Counted from the first letter of the stretch, positions 28,993-41,124 are shown. The stretch is 64,000 bases of DNA from Escherichia coli (GCF_041248615.1 NZ_CP158426.1), one strand, 5' to 3'. A program made the numbers and translations. The notes: generated by a model not told the origin, from the sequence alone.

Positions 28993-29487
28993 ATGATGAA
29001 AACTGTTAAACATCTTCTGTGCTGTGCCATTGCCGCCAGCGCATTAATTTCCACCGGGGCACATGCTGCGTCATGGAAAGATGCGCTCTCCAGCGCCGCC
29101 AGCGAACTTGGCAACCAAAACAACACGACACAGGAAGGCGGTTGGTCGCTCGCGTCATTAACTAACTTGCTTAGCAGCAGGAACCAGGCCTTAAGCGCAG
29201 ATAACATGAACAATGCCGCAGGCATTCTGCAATACTGCGCGAAGCAAAAGCTGGCTTCGGTAACCGATGCCGAAAACATCAAGAATCAGGTACTGGAAAA
29301 ACTGGGCCTGAACAGTGAAGAGCAAAAAGAAGACACCAACTATCTGGATGGCATTCAGGGTTTGCTGAAAACTAAAGATGGTCAGCAACTCAATCTGGAT
29401 AATATCGGAACGACTCCGCTGGCAGAAAAGGTGAAAACCAAAGCCTGCGATCTGGTGTTAAAGCAGGGGCTGAACTTCATTTCCTGA
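28993..29487 (+). CDS. yjjA: secreted protein YjjA (DUF2501)
   Basis: 164 aa with signal peptide (MMKTVKHLLCCAIAASALISTGAHA); start among three tandem ATGs is uncertain. Confidence 0.8.
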   Translation: MMKTVKHLLCCAIAASALISTGAHAASWKDALSSAASELGNQNNTTQEGGWSLASLTNLLSSRNQALSADNMNNAAGILQYCAKQKLASVTDAENIKNQVLEKLGLNSEEQKEDTNYLDGIQGLLKTKDGQQLNLDNIGTTPLAEKVKTKACDLVLKQGLNFIS

Positions 29488-29740
29488 ACCGCGAAACGCC
29501 GCGTTTTAGCTGTTACCCGGCTGACGCGGCTCTCTCCTGCCCTTTTCCCTGCTCCTGGACGGTTTTCCCCCTGTTACACGGGAAGCGACCGTAATCAAAA
29601 AAGTCTGTTTATAAACTAATTCCTAACAACATCGCATTTTTTTGACACTAGAATTGCAGCAATATGGCCACGCCATTACATTGTGCTTCTCAAAAAGCTT
29701 AAACGTTGGCTAAACGGCCCGGTTTAGTGAGGATCGCCCG

Positions 29741-32032
29741 TTGTCAGAACTACTCTCTTTCGCCCTTTTTCTCGCCTCTGTGCTGATTTACGCATGGAAA
29801 GCGGGACGTAACACCTGGTGGTTTGCAGCCACGTTAACGGTGCTGGGGCTATTTGTCGTTTTAAATATCACCCTGTTTGCCAGCGACTATTTTACTGGTG
29901 ATGGTATTAACGACGCGGTTCTCTATACCTTAACCAACAGCCTGACCGGTGCTGGTGTCAGCAAATACATTCTTCCGGGTATCGGCATTGTGCTGGGGCT
30001 GACGGCGGTGTTCGGTGCGCTGGGCTGGATCCTGCGCCGTCGTCGTCATCATCCGCACCATTTTGGTTACAGCCTGCTGGCACTCTTACTGGCGTTGGGT
30101 TCAGTGGATGCCAGCCCGGCATTTCGTCAGATAACGGAACTGGTGAAGTCCCAGTCACGCGACGGCGACCCGGACTTTGCGGCTTATTATAAAGAGCCGT
30201 CGAAAACTATCCCTGACCCGAAACTCAACCTGGTTTATATCTACGGCGAAAGTCTCGAGCGGACCTATTTTGATAACGAAGCTTTCCCGGATCTCACGCC
30301 TGAACTGGGCGCGTTGAAAAATGAAGGCCTGGATTTCAGCCACACGCAGCAGCTGCCGGGAACGGATTACACGATTGCGGGTATGGTGGCTTCTCAGTGC
30401 GGCATTCCGCTTTTTGCCCCATTTGAAGGTAACGCCTCCGCTTCTGTTTCCAGCTTCTTCCCGCAGAACATCTGTCTGGGCGATATCCTGAAAAACTCGG
30501 GTTATCAGAACTATTTCGTGCAGGGCGCGAATCTGCGTTTTGCCGGTAAAGATGTGTTCCTGAAGTCGCATGGCTTCGACCACTTATACGGCTCAGAAGA
30601 GCTGAAAAGCGTGGTAGCCGACCCGCACTATCGCAACGACTGGGGATTCTACGACGATACCGTTCTCGATGAAGCGTGGAAAAAGTTTGAAGAGCTTTCC
30701 CGCTCAGGTCAGCGATTCTCACTGTTTACCCTGACAGTCGATACCCATCACCCGGATGGTTTTATCTCGCGTACCTGTAACCGCAAAAAATATGATTTTG
30801 ACGGTAAGCCGAATCAGTCATTCAGCGCGGTAAGTTGCAGCCAGGAGAATATCGCGACGTTTATCAACAAAATCAAAGCGTCACCGTGGTTTAAAGATAC
30901 CGTCATCGTCGTCTCTTCTGACCATTTAGCGATGAACAACACGGCGTGGAAATACCTTAATAAACAGGATCGCAATAACCTGTTTTTTGTCATCCGTGGC
31001 GACAAGCCGCAGCAAGAGACGCTGGCAGTGAAGCGTAACACGATGGATAACGGCGCGACGGTGCTGGACATTCTCGGTGGCGATAACTATCTCGGACTTG
31101 GTCGTAGCAGTTTATCCGGGCAGTCGATGTCGGAAATCTTCCTCAATATCAAAGAGAAAACATTGGCGTGGAAGCCGGATATCATCCGCCTGTGGAAATT
31201 CCCTAAAGAGATGAAAGAGTTCACCATCGACCAGCAGAAAAACATGATTGCCTTCTCGGGTAGCCATTTCCGTTTGCCGCTGCTGTTGCGGGTTTCAGAC
31301 AAGCGCGTAGAACCGCTGCCGGAAAGTGAATACTCAGCACCGCTGCGTTTCCAGCTGGCCGATTTCGCTCCACGCGACAATTTCGTCTGGGTTGACCGTT
31401 GCTATAAGCTGGCACAACTCTGGGCTCCGGAACTGGCACTTTCCACCGACTGGTGTGTCTCGCAAGGGCAGCTTGGCGGTCAGCAAATTGTCCAGCATGT
31501 TGATAAAACAACATGGAAGGGCAAAACGGCATTTAAAGATACGGTCATCGACATGGCGCGTTACAAAGGCAATGTCGATACGCTGAAGATTGTTGATAAC
31601 GATATTCGCTACAAAGCCGACAGTTTCATCTTTAACGTCGCCGGTGCGCCAGAAGAGGTGAAACAGTTTAGCGGGATTTCCCGTCCGGAGTCGTGGGGCC
31701 GCTGGTCCAACGCGCAACTGGGCGACGAAGTAAAAATCGAGTACAAGCATCCGCTGCCGAAGAAATTTGACCTGGTGATTACCGCCAAAGCATACGGCAA
31801 TAACGCCAGCCGTCCTATTCCGGTACGCGTAGGCAATGAAGAACAAACTCTTGTGCTGGGCAATGAAGTGACCACCACCACGCTGCATTTCGATAACCCA
31901 ACCGATGCCGACACGCTGGTAATTGTGCCGCCGGAACCTGTCTCAACCAACGAAGGGAATATCCTCGGACACTCGCCGCGTAAGCTCGGGATCGGCATGG
32001 TGGAAATTAAAGTGGTAGAACGTGAAGGTTAA
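29741..32032 (+). CDS. opgB: phosphoglycerol transferase I OpgB (MdoB), TTG start
   Basis: 763 aa matching recalled K-12 OpgB; sulfatase-like domain. Confidence 0.95.
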   Translation: MSELLSFALFLASVLIYAWKAGRNTWWFAATLTVLGLFVVLNITLFASDYFTGDGINDAVLYTLTNSLTGAGVSKYILPGIGIVLGLTAVFGALGWILRRRRHHPHHFGYSLLALLLALGSVDASPAFRQITELVKSQSRDGDPDFAAYYKEPSKTIPDPKLNLVYIYGESLERTYFDNEAFPDLTPELGALKNEGLDFSHTQQLPGTDYTIAGMVASQCGIPLFAPFEGNASASVSSFFPQNICLGDILKNSGYQNYFVQGANLRFAGKDVFLKSHGFDHLYGSEELKSVVADPHYRNDWGFYDDTVLDEAWKKFEELSRSGQRFSLFTLTVDTHHPDGFISRTCNRKKYDFDGKPNQSFSAVSCSQENIATFINKIKASPWFKDTVIVVSSDHLAMNNTAWKYLNKQDRNNLFFVIRGDKPQQETLAVKRNTMDNGATVLDILGGDNYLGLGRSSLSGQSMSEIFLNIKEKTLAWKPDIIRLWKFPKEMKEFTIDQQKNMIAFSGSHFRLPLLLRVSDKRVEPLPESEYSAPLRFQLADFAPRDNFVWVDRCYKLAQLWAPELALSTDWCVSQGQLGGQQIVQHVDKTTWKGKTAFKDTVIDMARYKGNVDTLKIVDNDIRYKADSFIFNVAGAPEEVKQFSGISRPESWGRWSNAQLGDEVKIEYKHPLPKKFDLVITAKAYGNNASRPIPVRVGNEEQTLVLGNEVTTTTLHFDNPTDADTLVIVPPEPVSTNEGNILGHSPRKLGIGMVEIKVVEREG

Positions 32033-32046
32033 TTCCTGACTGATGT

Positions 32047-32071
32047 GTAGGTCGCATAAGGTGCGACCTAC
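32047..32071. repeat. REP-like inverted repeat between convergent opgB and lgoD
   Basis: GTAGGTCGCA-TAAG-GTGCGACCTAC palindrome. Confidence 0.5.
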
Positions 32072-32169
32072 ACGCCTTCTCCGGCTTACAACACACTATT
32101 AAGAAACAAAAAAAACAGCGCCCAACACTTCCCCGGACGCTGCATGGCAACTTTAATAATCTCGCCTTA

Positions 32170-33192
32170 TCAGAAAGTAATTACACCCTTAATCAACTCA
32201 CGATTGTTAATCACATCACGCTCGTAGGTTTCTGCCAGCGTGGCGAACGGGTAGCGATGGGTTAACATCATGTCGGCAGTGATTTTCCCTTCCGCCATCA
32301 GTCGACCGACTTTAGCGAAATCTTCCGGCGTGGCGTTGCGGCTACCCATCATCGTCGTTTCTTTTTTATGGAATTCTGGATCGGAGAACTGCAACTCACC
32401 TTTAAACAGACCGACAAATACCACCGTGCCGCCGTGACGAATCAGATTCACGGTGTTATTCATCGCATGTTGATTACCTGTCGCGTCGATCACTTTCTGC
32501 GCCAGCGAACCACCAAACTGCGCCCGCAGCTGCGCGTCAAAATCTTCGGCTGACGGGTCCAGCACGGGCAACTCCAGACGCGTTGCCACATGTTCACGGC
32601 GCGCCGGACTGGTATCCGCCACCACTACCTGTGCGCCATCGGCTTTAGCGATTGCCGCCGCGCCCAGACCGATTGGCCCCGCCCCGACCACCAGCACCTG
32701 CTCGCCGGGAGCCATGGCTGCGCGACGCACCGCATGAGCGCTAATAGCGAAAGGTTCAATCAATGCTGCCGCCTGCGGGTCAATACCGTCTGCGGGCAAA
32801 ATGTTCGCCACCGGCACGCTCAAATACTCACTAAAACCGCCATCCTGATGCACGCCAATGACTGAAATTTTTTCACAGCAATTGGTACGCCCGCTTTTAC
32901 ACGCCGGGCATTGCTGACAGGCAACATAAGGGATCACCGCTACTTGCTGTCCATTTTTAAGATTTGCAATATTTTTACCCAGCCCAACAATCTCCCCACA
33001 TATTTCATGGCCTAAAACCCGTGGATAACTAAAAAATGGTTGATTTCCACCCCAGGCATGAATATCGGTACCGCAAATCCCGACAGACTTAATTTTTATT
33101 AATGCTTCATTGTCACCCGGAATAGGTATCTCGCGTTGTTTCCAGACTAATTCTTTCGGCTGCTGGCAAATTAAAACATTCATCGTAGACAT
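32170..33192 (-). CDS. lgoD: L-galactonate-5-dehydrogenase LgoD (340 aa from ATG 33192)
   Basis: Zn-dependent MDR dehydrogenase motifs (GICGTDIHAW); matches K-12 YjjN. Confidence 0.9.
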   Translation of the reverse strand: MSTMNVLICQQPKELVWKQREIPIPGDNEALIKIKSVGICGTDIHAWGGNQPFFSYPRVLGHEICGEIVGLGKNIANLKNGQQVAVIPYVACQQCPACKSGRTNCCEKISVIGVHQDGGFSEYLSVPVANILPADGIDPQAAALIEPFAISAHAVRRAAMAPGEQVLVVGAGPIGLGAAAIAKADGAQVVVADTSPARREHVATRLELPVLDPSAEDFDAQLRAQFGGSLAQKVIDATGNQHAMNNTVNLIRHGGTVVFVGLFKGELQFSDPEFHKKETTMMGSRNATPEDFAKVGRLMAEGKITADMMLTHRYPFATLAETYERDVINNRELIKGVITF

Positions 33193-33330
33193 GATTCGGC
33201 TCTCCATTTTTTGTTGCCTTAGATATCAATGAAAATGAAAAATGGCAGCGGAACGGAAAATCTGTTTTGTGAAAACACACGCATAAAAATGTTTTAAATC
33301 GGGTTTTAATGGACTCACAAGGAGGAAAAT

Positions 33331-34245
33331 ATGAGTCGTTCACAAAATTTACGCCACAATGTGATTAACCAGGTCATTGATGATATGGCGCGGGGTCATA
33401 TCCCTTCCCCACTTCCATCGCAAAGTGCGTTGGCGGAAATGTACAACATCAGCCGCACTACAGTGCGTCATATTCTCAGCCACTTACGCGAATGCGGCGT
33501 CTTAACGCAGGTTGGAAACGACTATGTTATTGCGCGTAAACCTGACCATGATGACGGTTTCGCCTGTACTACCGCTTCAATGAGTGAACAAAACAAAGTG
33601 TTTGAGCAGGCTTTTTTCACGATGATAAACCAGCGTCAGTTACGCCCTGGGGAAACTTTTTCTGAACTGCAACTGGCTCGGGCCGCGGGTGTCAGCCCGG
33701 TTGTAGTAAGAGAATATCTTTTAAAATTCGGCCGTTATAATCTTATTCAAAGCGAAAAGCGCGGCCAGTGGAGCATGAAGCAATTCGATCAATCCTACGC
33801 TGAGCAGCTGTTTGAGCTACGCGAAATGCTCGAAACTCATTCACTTCAGCACTTTCTCAACCTGCCTGATCATGATCCCCGCTGGCTGCAGGCGAAAACC
33901 ATGCTCGAACGTCATCGGCTACTGCGTGACAACATCGGCAATAGCTTTCGCATGTTCTCGCAACTTGACAGAGATTTTCACTCCTTACTGCTTTCAGCTG
34001 CCGACAATATCTTTTTTGATCAATCGCTTGAGATCATCTCAGTCATCTTTCATTTTCACTATCAATGGGACGAAAGCGATCTTAAACAGCGCAATATCAT
34101 TGCCGTCGATGAGCATATGACCATTCTCAGCGCTCTGATTTGCCGCAGTGACCTTGATGCCACCCTTGCGCTCCGTAACCATTTGAATTCAGCTAAACAA
34201 TCAATGATTCGATCCATTAATGAGAACACGCGTTATGCTCATTAA
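33331..34245 (+). CDS. lgoR: GntR-family regulator LgoR
   Basis: 304 aa with N-terminal GntR HTH and FCD domain; K-12 YjjM. Confidence 0.9.
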   Translation: MSRSQNLRHNVINQVIDDMARGHIPSPLPSQSALAEMYNISRTTVRHILSHLRECGVLTQVGNDYVIARKPDHDDGFACTTASMSEQNKVFEQAFFTMINQRQLRPGETFSELQLARAAGVSPVVVREYLLKFGRYNLIQSEKRGQWSMKQFDQSYAEQLFELREMLETHSLQHFLNLPDHDPRWLQAKTMLERHRLLRDNIGNSFRMFSQLDRDFHSLLLSAADNIFFDQSLEIISVIFHFHYQWDESDLKQRNIIAVDEHMTILSALICRSDLDATLALRNHLNSAKQSMIRSINENTRYAH

Positions 34246-34459
34246 GTACGGATTAAAAACAGCAAACTATTAGCGGGTGCACGGTTTTATCAAAAGATAA
34301 ATACCGGGAAATTCCCGCTTACCTATGCTCACAATCAGTCGACTAAAAATGTTTTTGTGAGCGGTAGTAAAGTCCTAAAACTTTAACCTGCCGTTAATGT
34401 CAACCTTGCGTAATGCACAATTACGTAAACAATTAAAATTATAAATACAGGAGTCCGGC

Positions 34460-35821
34460 GTGGAAAAAGAAAATATCACCCTCGATCCGCGTTCTTCATT
34501 TACTCCATCTTCGTCGGCAGATATTCCCGTGCCACCAGATGGATTAGTTCAACGCAGTACCCGAATTAAACGCATTCAAACCACCGCCATGTTGTTATTA
34601 TTTTTTGCGGCGGTAATCAATTATCTCGACCGCAGTTCGCTGTCGGTAGCAAATTTAACGATTCGTGAAGAATTGGGATTAAGTGCCACCGAAATCGGCG
34701 CTTTGCTCTCCGTGTTTTCACTCGCTTACGGGATTGCGCAACTTCCTTGCGGCCCACTATTGGATCGTAAAGGCCCGCGCCTGATGCTGGGACTCGGGAT
34801 GTTCTTCTGGTCACTGTTCCAGGCAATGTCTGGCATGGTGCACAGCTTTACGCAGTTCGTGTTGGTGCGTATCGGTATGGGGATTGGTGAAGCGCCGATG
34901 AACCCATGCGGTGTAAAAGTCATTAACGACTGGTTCAACATCAAAGAGCGCGGACGCCCGATGGGCTTCTTCAACGCAGCTTCTACCATTGGCGTTGCCG
35001 TAAGCCCACCGATTCTTGCGGCGATGATGCTGGTGATGGGCTGGCGCGGGATGTTTATTACCATTGGTGTACTGGGGATTTTTCTCGCCATCGGCTGGTA
35101 TATGCTCTATCGCAACCGCGAGCACGTAGAACTGACTGCCGTTGAACAAGCTTATCTCAATGCAGGTAGCGTCAATGCCCGCCGAGATCCGCTCAGTTTT
35201 GCCGAATGGCGCAGCCTGTTCCGTAACCGCACAATGTGGGGAATGATGCTCGGATTCAGTGGCATCAACTACACTGCGTGGCTGTATCTGGCCTGGCTTC
35301 CTGGTTACCTGCAAACAGCCTATAACCTGGATTTAAAAAGCACAGGGTTGATGGCGGCTATCCCTTTCCTGTTTGGGGCTGCCGGGATGCTGGTCAACGG
35401 TTACGTTACTGACTGGCTGGTCAAAGGGGGAATGGCTCCGATTAAAAGCCGTAAGATCTGCATTATTGCCGGGATGTTCTGTTCTGCCGCCTTTACGCTG
35501 GTCGTACCGCAAGCGACAACATCCATGACGGCGGTTCTGCTGATTGGCATGGCACTGTTCTGTATTCACTTTGCCGGAACATCCTGCTGGGGCTTGATCC
35601 ACGTCGCAGTTGCTTCTCGCATGACGGCGTCGGTGGGCAGTATCCAGAACTTTGCCAGCTTCATCTGCGCCTCTTTTGCGCCGATCATTACTGGTTTTAT
35701 TGTTGATACCACCCACTCATTCCGTCTGGCACTAATCATCTGCGGTTGCGTCACCGCAGCGGGGGCACTGGCGTACATCTTCCTGGTTCGTCAGCCGATC
35801 AACGACCCGCGTAAAGATTAA
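34460..35821 (+). CDS. lgoT: MFS L-galactonate transporter LgoT
   Basis: 453 aa, 12-TM MFS; K-12 YjjL. Confidence 0.9.
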   Translation: MEKENITLDPRSSFTPSSSADIPVPPDGLVQRSTRIKRIQTTAMLLLFFAAVINYLDRSSLSVANLTIREELGLSATEIGALLSVFSLAYGIAQLPCGPLLDRKGPRLMLGLGMFFWSLFQAMSGMVHSFTQFVLVRIGMGIGEAPMNPCGVKVINDWFNIKERGRPMGFFNAASTIGVAVSPPILAAMMLVMGWRGMFITIGVLGIFLAIGWYMLYRNREHVELTAVEQAYLNAGSVNARRDPLSFAEWRSLFRNRTMWGMMLGFSGINYTAWLYLAWLPGYLQTAYNLDLKSTGLMAAIPFLFGAAGMLVNGYVTDWLVKGGMAPIKSRKICIIAGMFCSAAFTLVVPQATTSMTAVLLIGMALFCIHFAGTSCWGLIHVAVASRMTASVGSIQNFASFICASFAPIITGFIVDTTHSFRLALIICGCVTAAGALAYIFLVRQPINDPRKD

Positions 35822-35869
35822 ACTCCCTATGCCCGATAACATTTTGCTTATCGGGCATTTTTATGGCGA

Positions 35870-37534
35870 TTAAAACGTTTCCCAATTCTCGCCGCTATCT
35901 GCCACGGCCATTTTACGCGGCGTAGCTGGCGTCACGGTTTTTACTACAGCCGATGTTTCACGCTGCTGTTGCTGCTGTTGCTGAATCCGGAACACTGCCA
36001 CAGCTTCGGTCAGGCGACTGGCCTGCTCTTCCAGCGCGGCAGCGGCGGCGGCAGATTCTTCCACCAGCGCGGCGTTCTGTTGAGTTACCCGGTCCATCTC
36101 AGCAACCGCTAATCCAACCTGATCGATACCACGGCTCTGCTCATCAGAAGCAGAAGCAATTTCGCCCATAATGTCCGTCACGCGGGTCACGGCACTGACA
36201 ATCTCCGCCATTGTTTCCCCTGCGCTTTCGACCAGCGTAGAGCCAACATCCACTTTCCCCACCGAGTCTTCAATCAGGCTTTTAATTTCACGAGCCGCCT
36301 GGGCGCTGCGCTGGGCCAGATTACGCACTTCTCCCGCGACCACCGCAAAACCGCGCCCTTGCTCACCCGCGCGCGCTGCTTCAACCGCCGCGTTCAAAGC
36401 CAGAATATTGGTCTGGAAGGCAATGCCGTCAATTACGCTGATAATATCGGCGATTTTCTGCGAACTGGTGGAGATATCGCGCATAGTCTGCACCACGTTA
36501 TCCACCACTTTGCCGCCGCGTTGCGCCGTTTCAGAAGCACTTAACGCCAGCTGGCTGGCCTGGCGCGCATTTTCGGCGTTCTGCTTCACCGTTGCGGTCA
36601 GTTGCTCCATGCTGGCTGCCGTCTCTTCCAGCGAAGCGGCCTGTTGCTCGGTGCGCGAAGAGAGATCGTTATTACCGGTGGCGATTTCGCTGGCACCGCT
36701 ATAGATGGCATTGGCCCCGTTGCGCACATCACCGACGGTACGCATCAGCTCTCCCTGCATATGGCGCAAACTCTCTGCCAGTTGCCCCATCTCATTAGAG
36801 CCATCTACCTCAATCGGTTTCACCAGATCGCCGCCTGCAATATGACGAATGCTGTCAATCAGGCGATTCATTGGCGCTACCAACGAGGCTTTAATACCGA
36901 ACCAGACGGCGAAGATGACCGCCAGTACGACGATCATCACGCCCACCAGGATCCACATCGCCTGGCTGTAGGAGGCATTATTATCGCTGACGGCGATATC
37001 ATAGAGCCGATCGTTTTGCTCCATGTAAGCCACATACTGCTTCTCGAAACCGTCCTGATATCCCTGGGTCGGCTGATCAAAGAACTCGTTGATTTTGCCT
37101 GCACCTAACAGTTGGATCAGCTCCGCCAGCGCATTGTGATAAATATCGTAATTACGTTTGATCTCTGCCGCTGCGGCGGTGCTCTGACGCGGGTCACGCG
37201 GCAACGCTTCGTAATCCGCCCAGTTTTTTTCCGCCTGTTTCAGCGAAATACTGGCACTCTGCATCAGCTCAGCAACGGTTGAACCGCTACCAATATTATT
37301 CTGATCCATCATGTAGCGGATACCCGCGCGGTTGAGGGTGTTACGCGTCTGCAACAACGCAACCCAGCTGCCATTCAGCGTGGATTGCTGCTGGCGAATG
37401 GTTTGTAAAACAGTGAAATTTTCTTTGTCATTCTTTAAGGCATTAAAGAACAGACCGCCTGATGTCAGTTGTAAAAGGCCAAAAACGGCCAAAACCAGCA
37501 GTAAGCTGGTCACAATTTTGATACGTTTTAACAT
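35870..37534 (-). CDS. tsr: serine chemoreceptor Tsr (554 aa; Gln run is 3 residues longer than the recalled K-12 protein)
   Basis: MCP with HAMP and methylation motifs, C-terminal NWETF; matches recalled Tsr. Confidence 0.95.
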   Translation of the reverse strand: MLKRIKIVTSLLLVLAVFGLLQLTSGGLFFNALKNDKENFTVLQTIRQQQSTLNGSWVALLQTRNTLNRAGIRYMMDQNNIGSGSTVAELMQSASISLKQAEKNWADYEALPRDPRQSTAAAAEIKRNYDIYHNALAELIQLLGAGKINEFFDQPTQGYQDGFEKQYVAYMEQNDRLYDIAVSDNNASYSQAMWILVGVMIVVLAVIFAVWFGIKASLVAPMNRLIDSIRHIAGGDLVKPIEVDGSNEMGQLAESLRHMQGELMRTVGDVRNGANAIYSGASEIATGNNDLSSRTEQQAASLEETAASMEQLTATVKQNAENARQASQLALSASETAQRGGKVVDNVVQTMRDISTSSQKIADIISVIDGIAFQTNILALNAAVEAARAGEQGRGFAVVAGEVRNLAQRSAQAAREIKSLIEDSVGKVDVGSTLVESAGETMAEIVSAVTRVTDIMGEIASASDEQSRGIDQVGLAVAEMDRVTQQNAALVEESAAAAAALEEQASRLTEAVAVFRIQQQQQQQRETSAVVKTVTPATPRKMAVADSGENWETF

Positions 37535-37652
37535 GGTTTCTCTTTCCTGTGGACCGATGCAAGATTTTCGGCCTGGAAAGCAAAAACTTTATGAAAAGGT
37601 GTAACCCGCCATCCATGGAAAAACCAGGCGCTGGTTATCAGATATTAAAAAG

Positions 37653-38099
37653 TTATTCATTATCGCCCGGGATGTCTTCTTGTCGGGAATTACCCAGAGC
37701 AATAAATTCCTCTAACAGATGGGTTAACTGTTGCATTTTCTCGGCAGTAAACTGAGCTTCAATCTGCCGATAGGCTTCTTCAATCTGTGTCTGAGCGCGG
37801 TTATACAGGGCCTGCCCCTCTTTGGTCAGCGAGATATAGAGCTTCCGCTGATCATTGATCGGCTTTAATCGCAACACTAAACCGTCGCGTTCCATCCGCG
37901 TGAGGATCCCGGTCAGGCTTGGGCGCAAAATGCAGGCGCGATACGCCAGATCGTGAAAATCCATTGATGGGCTTTCCGCCAGAATACGCACGATGCGCCA
38001 CTGTTGCTCAGTCAAATTATGCCGTTTAACGATTGGGCGAAAATAACTCATCGCCGCTTCTCGCGCCTGGAGCAACGCAATGGTTAGTGAGTCGTGCAT
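37653..38099 (-). CDS. hpaR: MarR-family repressor HpaR (148 aa from ATG 38099)
   Basis: MHDSLTIALLQAREAAMSYFRP... MarR wHTH; divergent from hpaG. Confidence 0.85.
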   Translation of the reverse strand: MHDSLTIALLQAREAAMSYFRPIVKRHNLTEQQWRIVRILAESPSMDFHDLAYRACILRPSLTGILTRMERDGLVLRLKPINDQRKLYISLTKEGQALYNRAQTQIEEAYRQIEAQFTAEKMQQLTHLLEEFIALGNSRQEDIPGDNE

Positions 38100-38370
38100 T
38101 ATCTTTCCCCTGAAAAATTCAAAATCATTAATATAGAAACAGTTAATCATCACATTACTGGGACTGAGCTATCCCCGCAATTCCTCATTTTATCAAAATT
38201 GAGCATACTTTATTAACTTACTGATATTTAGTATTTTATTACCTGCAAATGTAAATAGTTTGTTAATTGGATCACATTTACATCACTTACTTTTGCCAAA
38301 CTTCGCAATCGGGAATAAAAGTAATCATTAACATATTAATGATTAAAATGATCGAATCCGAGGAGTGGTA

Positions 38371-39660
38371 ATGAAAGGCACTATCTTCGCCGTAGCGTTG
38401 AACCATCGCAGCCAGCTTGATGCATGGCAGGAAGCGTTCCAGCAATCCCCCTACAAAGCCCCGCCTAAAACTGCGGTCTGGTTTATTAAACCGCGCAATA
38501 CGGTGATTGGTTGCGGTGAACCGATTCCCTTTCCACAGGGTGAAAAAGTACTGAGCGGTGCGACTGTTGCGCTGATTGTGGGGAAAACGGCGACGAAAGT
38601 ACGTGAAGAAGATGCGGCAGAGTACATCGCCGGATATGCGCTGGCTAACGACGTCAGCCTGCCGGAAGAGAGCTTTTACCGCCCGGCAATCAAAGCAAAA
38701 TGTCGTGATGGATTCTGCCCCATTGGCGAAACCGTGGCTCCCAGCAATGTCGATAATCTGACTATCTATACCGAGATCAACGGGCGTCCTGCCGATCATT
38801 GGAACACCGCCGATTTACAACGTAACGCCGCGCAGTTGCTGAGCGCTCTGAGCGAATTTGCCACGCTGAATCCAGGCGATGCCATTCTGCTCGGCACGCC
38901 ACAGGCGCGCGTGGAAATACAGCCAGGCGATCGCGTGCGTGTTCTCGCAGAAGGTTTCCCGCCACTGGAAAATCCGGTAGTGGACGAACGTGAAGTGACC
39001 ACGCGCAAGAGCTTCCCAACGCAGCCACACCCGCACGGCACGCTGTTTGCCCTCGGCCTGAACTACGCCGACCACGCCAGCGAACTGGAATTTAAGCCAC
39101 CGGAAGAACCGCTGGTGTTCCTGAAAGCGCCGAATACCCTCACTGGCGATAACCAGACCTCCGTGCGCCCGAACAATATTGAATACATGCACTACGAAGC
39201 GGAGCTGGTGGTAGTTATTGGCAAGCAGGCGCGTAACGTCAGCGAAGCCGATGCCATGGATTATGTCGCGGGCTACACCGTGTGTAACGACTACGCCATT
39301 CGCGACTATCTGGAAAACTACTACCGCCCTAACCTGCGGGTAAAAAGCCGCGACGGACTGACGCCGATGCTTTCAACCATCGTGCCGAAAGAGGCGATCC
39401 CGGACCCGCATAATCTGACCCTTCGCACCTTCGTCAACGGCGAGTTACGCCAGCAAGGCACCACCGCCGATCTGATCTTCAGCGTGCCCTTCCTGATCGC
39501 CTACTTAAGCGAATTTATGACCCTGAATCCGGGCGACATGATCGCCACCGGCACACCAAAAGGCTTATCTGACGTGGTGCCTGGCGATGAAGTAGTGGTG
39601 GAAGTAGAAGGCGTGGGCCGCCTGGTGAACCGAATTGTGAGTGAGGAAACAGCGAAATGA
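38371..39660 (+). CDS. hpaG: bifunctional OPET decarboxylase / HHDD isomerase HpaG (429 aa, ATG 38371)
   Basis: tandem FAH-family domains; AGGAG SD; first gene of the hpa meta-cleavage operon. Confidence 0.9.
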   Translation: MKGTIFAVALNHRSQLDAWQEAFQQSPYKAPPKTAVWFIKPRNTVIGCGEPIPFPQGEKVLSGATVALIVGKTATKVREEDAAEYIAGYALANDVSLPEESFYRPAIKAKCRDGFCPIGETVAPSNVDNLTIYTEINGRPADHWNTADLQRNAAQLLSALSEFATLNPGDAILLGTPQARVEIQPGDRVRVLAEGFPPLENPVVDEREVTTRKSFPTQPHPHGTLFALGLNYADHASELEFKPPEEPLVFLKAPNTLTGDNQTSVRPNNIEYMHYEAELVVVIGKQARNVSEADAMDYVAGYTVCNDYAIRDYLENYYRPNLRVKSRDGLTPMLSTIVPKEAIPDPHNLTLRTFVNGELRQQGTTADLIFSVPFLIAYLSEFMTLNPGDMIATGTPKGLSDVVPGDEVVVEVEGVGRLVNRIVSEETAK

Positions 39661-41123
39661 AAAAAGTAAATCATTGGATCAACGGCAAAAATGTTGCAGG
39701 TAACGACTACTTCCAGACCACCAATCCGGCAACGGGTGAAGTGCTGGCAGATGTGGCCTCCGGCGGTGAAGCGGAGATCAATCAGGCGGTAGCGGCAGCG
39801 AAAGAGGCGTTCCCGAAATGGGCCAATCTGCCGATGAAAGAGCGTGCGCGCCTGATGCGCCGTCTGGGCGATCTGATCGACCAGAACGTGCCTGAGATCG
39901 CCGCGATGGAAACCGCGGACACGGGCCTGCCGATCCATCAGACCAAAAATGTATTGATCCCACGCGCTTCTCACAACTTTGAATTTTTCGCGGAAGTCTG
40001 CCAGCAGATGAACGGCAAGACCTATCCGGTTGACGACAAGATGCTCAACTACACGCTGGTGCAACCGGTAGGCGTTTGTGCGCTGGTATCGCCGTGGAAC
40101 GTGCCGTTTATGACCGCCACATGGAAGGTCGCGCCGTGTCTGGCGCTGGGCAATACCGCGGTGTTGAAAATGTCGGAACTCTCCCCGCTGACCGCTGACC
40201 GCCTGGGTGAGCTGGCGCTGGAAGCCGGTATTCCGGCGGGCGTGCTGAACGTGGTACAGGGCTACGGCGCAACCGCAGGCGATGCGCTGGTTCGTCATCA
40301 TGACGTACGTGCCGTGTCGTTCACCGGCGGTACGGCCACCGGGCGCAACATCATGAAAAACGCCGGGCTGAAAAAATACTCCATGGAACTGGGCGGTAAA
40401 TCGCCGGTGCTGATTTTTGAAGATGCCGATATTGAACGCGCGCTGGACGCTGCCCTGTTCACCATCTTCTCGATCAACGGCGAGCGCTGCACCGCCGGTT
40501 CGCGCATCTTTATTCAGCAAAGCATCTACCCGGAATTCGTTAAACGCTTTGCCGAACGCGCCAACCGTCTGCGCGTGGGCGATCCGAACGATCCGAATAC
40601 CCAGGTTGGGGCGCTTATCAGCCAGCAACACTGGGAAAAAGTCTCCGGCTATATTCGTCTCGGCATTGAAGAAGGCGCAACCCTGCTAGCGGGCGGTCCG
40701 GATAAACCGTCCGACCTGCCTGCGCACCTGAAAGGCGGCAACTTCCTGCGCCCAACGGTGCTGGCTGACGTTGATAACCGTATGCGCGTCGCCCAGGAAG
40801 AGATTTTCGGGCCGGTCGCCTGTCTGCTGCCGTTTAAAGACGAAGCTGAAGGTCTGCGCCTGGCAAATGACGTGGAGTATGGCCTCGCGTCGTACATCTG
40901 GACGCAGGATGTCAGCAAAGTGTTACGCCTGGCGCGTGGCATTGAAGCAGGCATGGTGTTCGTCAACACCCAGAACGTGCGCGACCTGCGCCAGCCGTTT
41001 GGCGGCGTAAAAGCCTCCGGCACCGGGCGTGAAGGCGGTGAGTACAGCTTCGAAGTGTTCGCGGAAATGAAGAACGTCTGCATTTCCATGGGCGACCATC
41101 CAATTCCGAAATGGGGAGTCTGA
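39657..41123 (+). CDS. hpaE: 5-carboxymethyl-2-hydroxymuconate semialdehyde dehydrogenase HpaE
   Basis: 488 aa aldehyde dehydrogenase (catalytic Cys in GERCTAGS, ELGGKSP). Confidence 0.9.
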   Translation: MKKVNHWINGKNVAGNDYFQTTNPATGEVLADVASGGEAEINQAVAAAKEAFPKWANLPMKERARLMRRLGDLIDQNVPEIAAMETADTGLPIHQTKNVLIPRASHNFEFFAEVCQQMNGKTYPVDDKMLNYTLVQPVGVCALVSPWNVPFMTATWKVAPCLALGNTAVLKMSELSPLTADRLGELALEAGIPAGVLNVVQGYGATAGDALVRHHDVRAVSFTGGTATGRNIMKNAGLKKYSMELGGKSPVLIFEDADIERALDAALFTIFSINGERCTAGSRIFIQQSIYPEFVKRFAERANRLRVGDPNDPNTQVGALISQQHWEKVSGYIRLGIEEGATLLAGGPDKPSDLPAHLKGGNFLRPTVLADVDNRMRVAQEEIFGPVACLLPFKDEAEGLRLANDVEYGLASYIWTQDVSKVLRLARGIEAGMVFVNTQNVRDLRQPFGGVKASGTGREGGEYSFEVFAEMKNVCISMGDHPIPKWGV

Positions 41124-41124
41124 T

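Noticed and set aside
36171-37108. Several plus-strand ORFs (177 aa, 168 aa) inside tsr
   Set aside because: Antisense to tsr; repetitive Ala/Ser/Arg composition derives from the MCP coiled-coil codons.
39501-40631. 376-aa ORF antisense to hpaG/hpaE
   Set aside because: Antisense frame within conserved hpa genes; no motifs.
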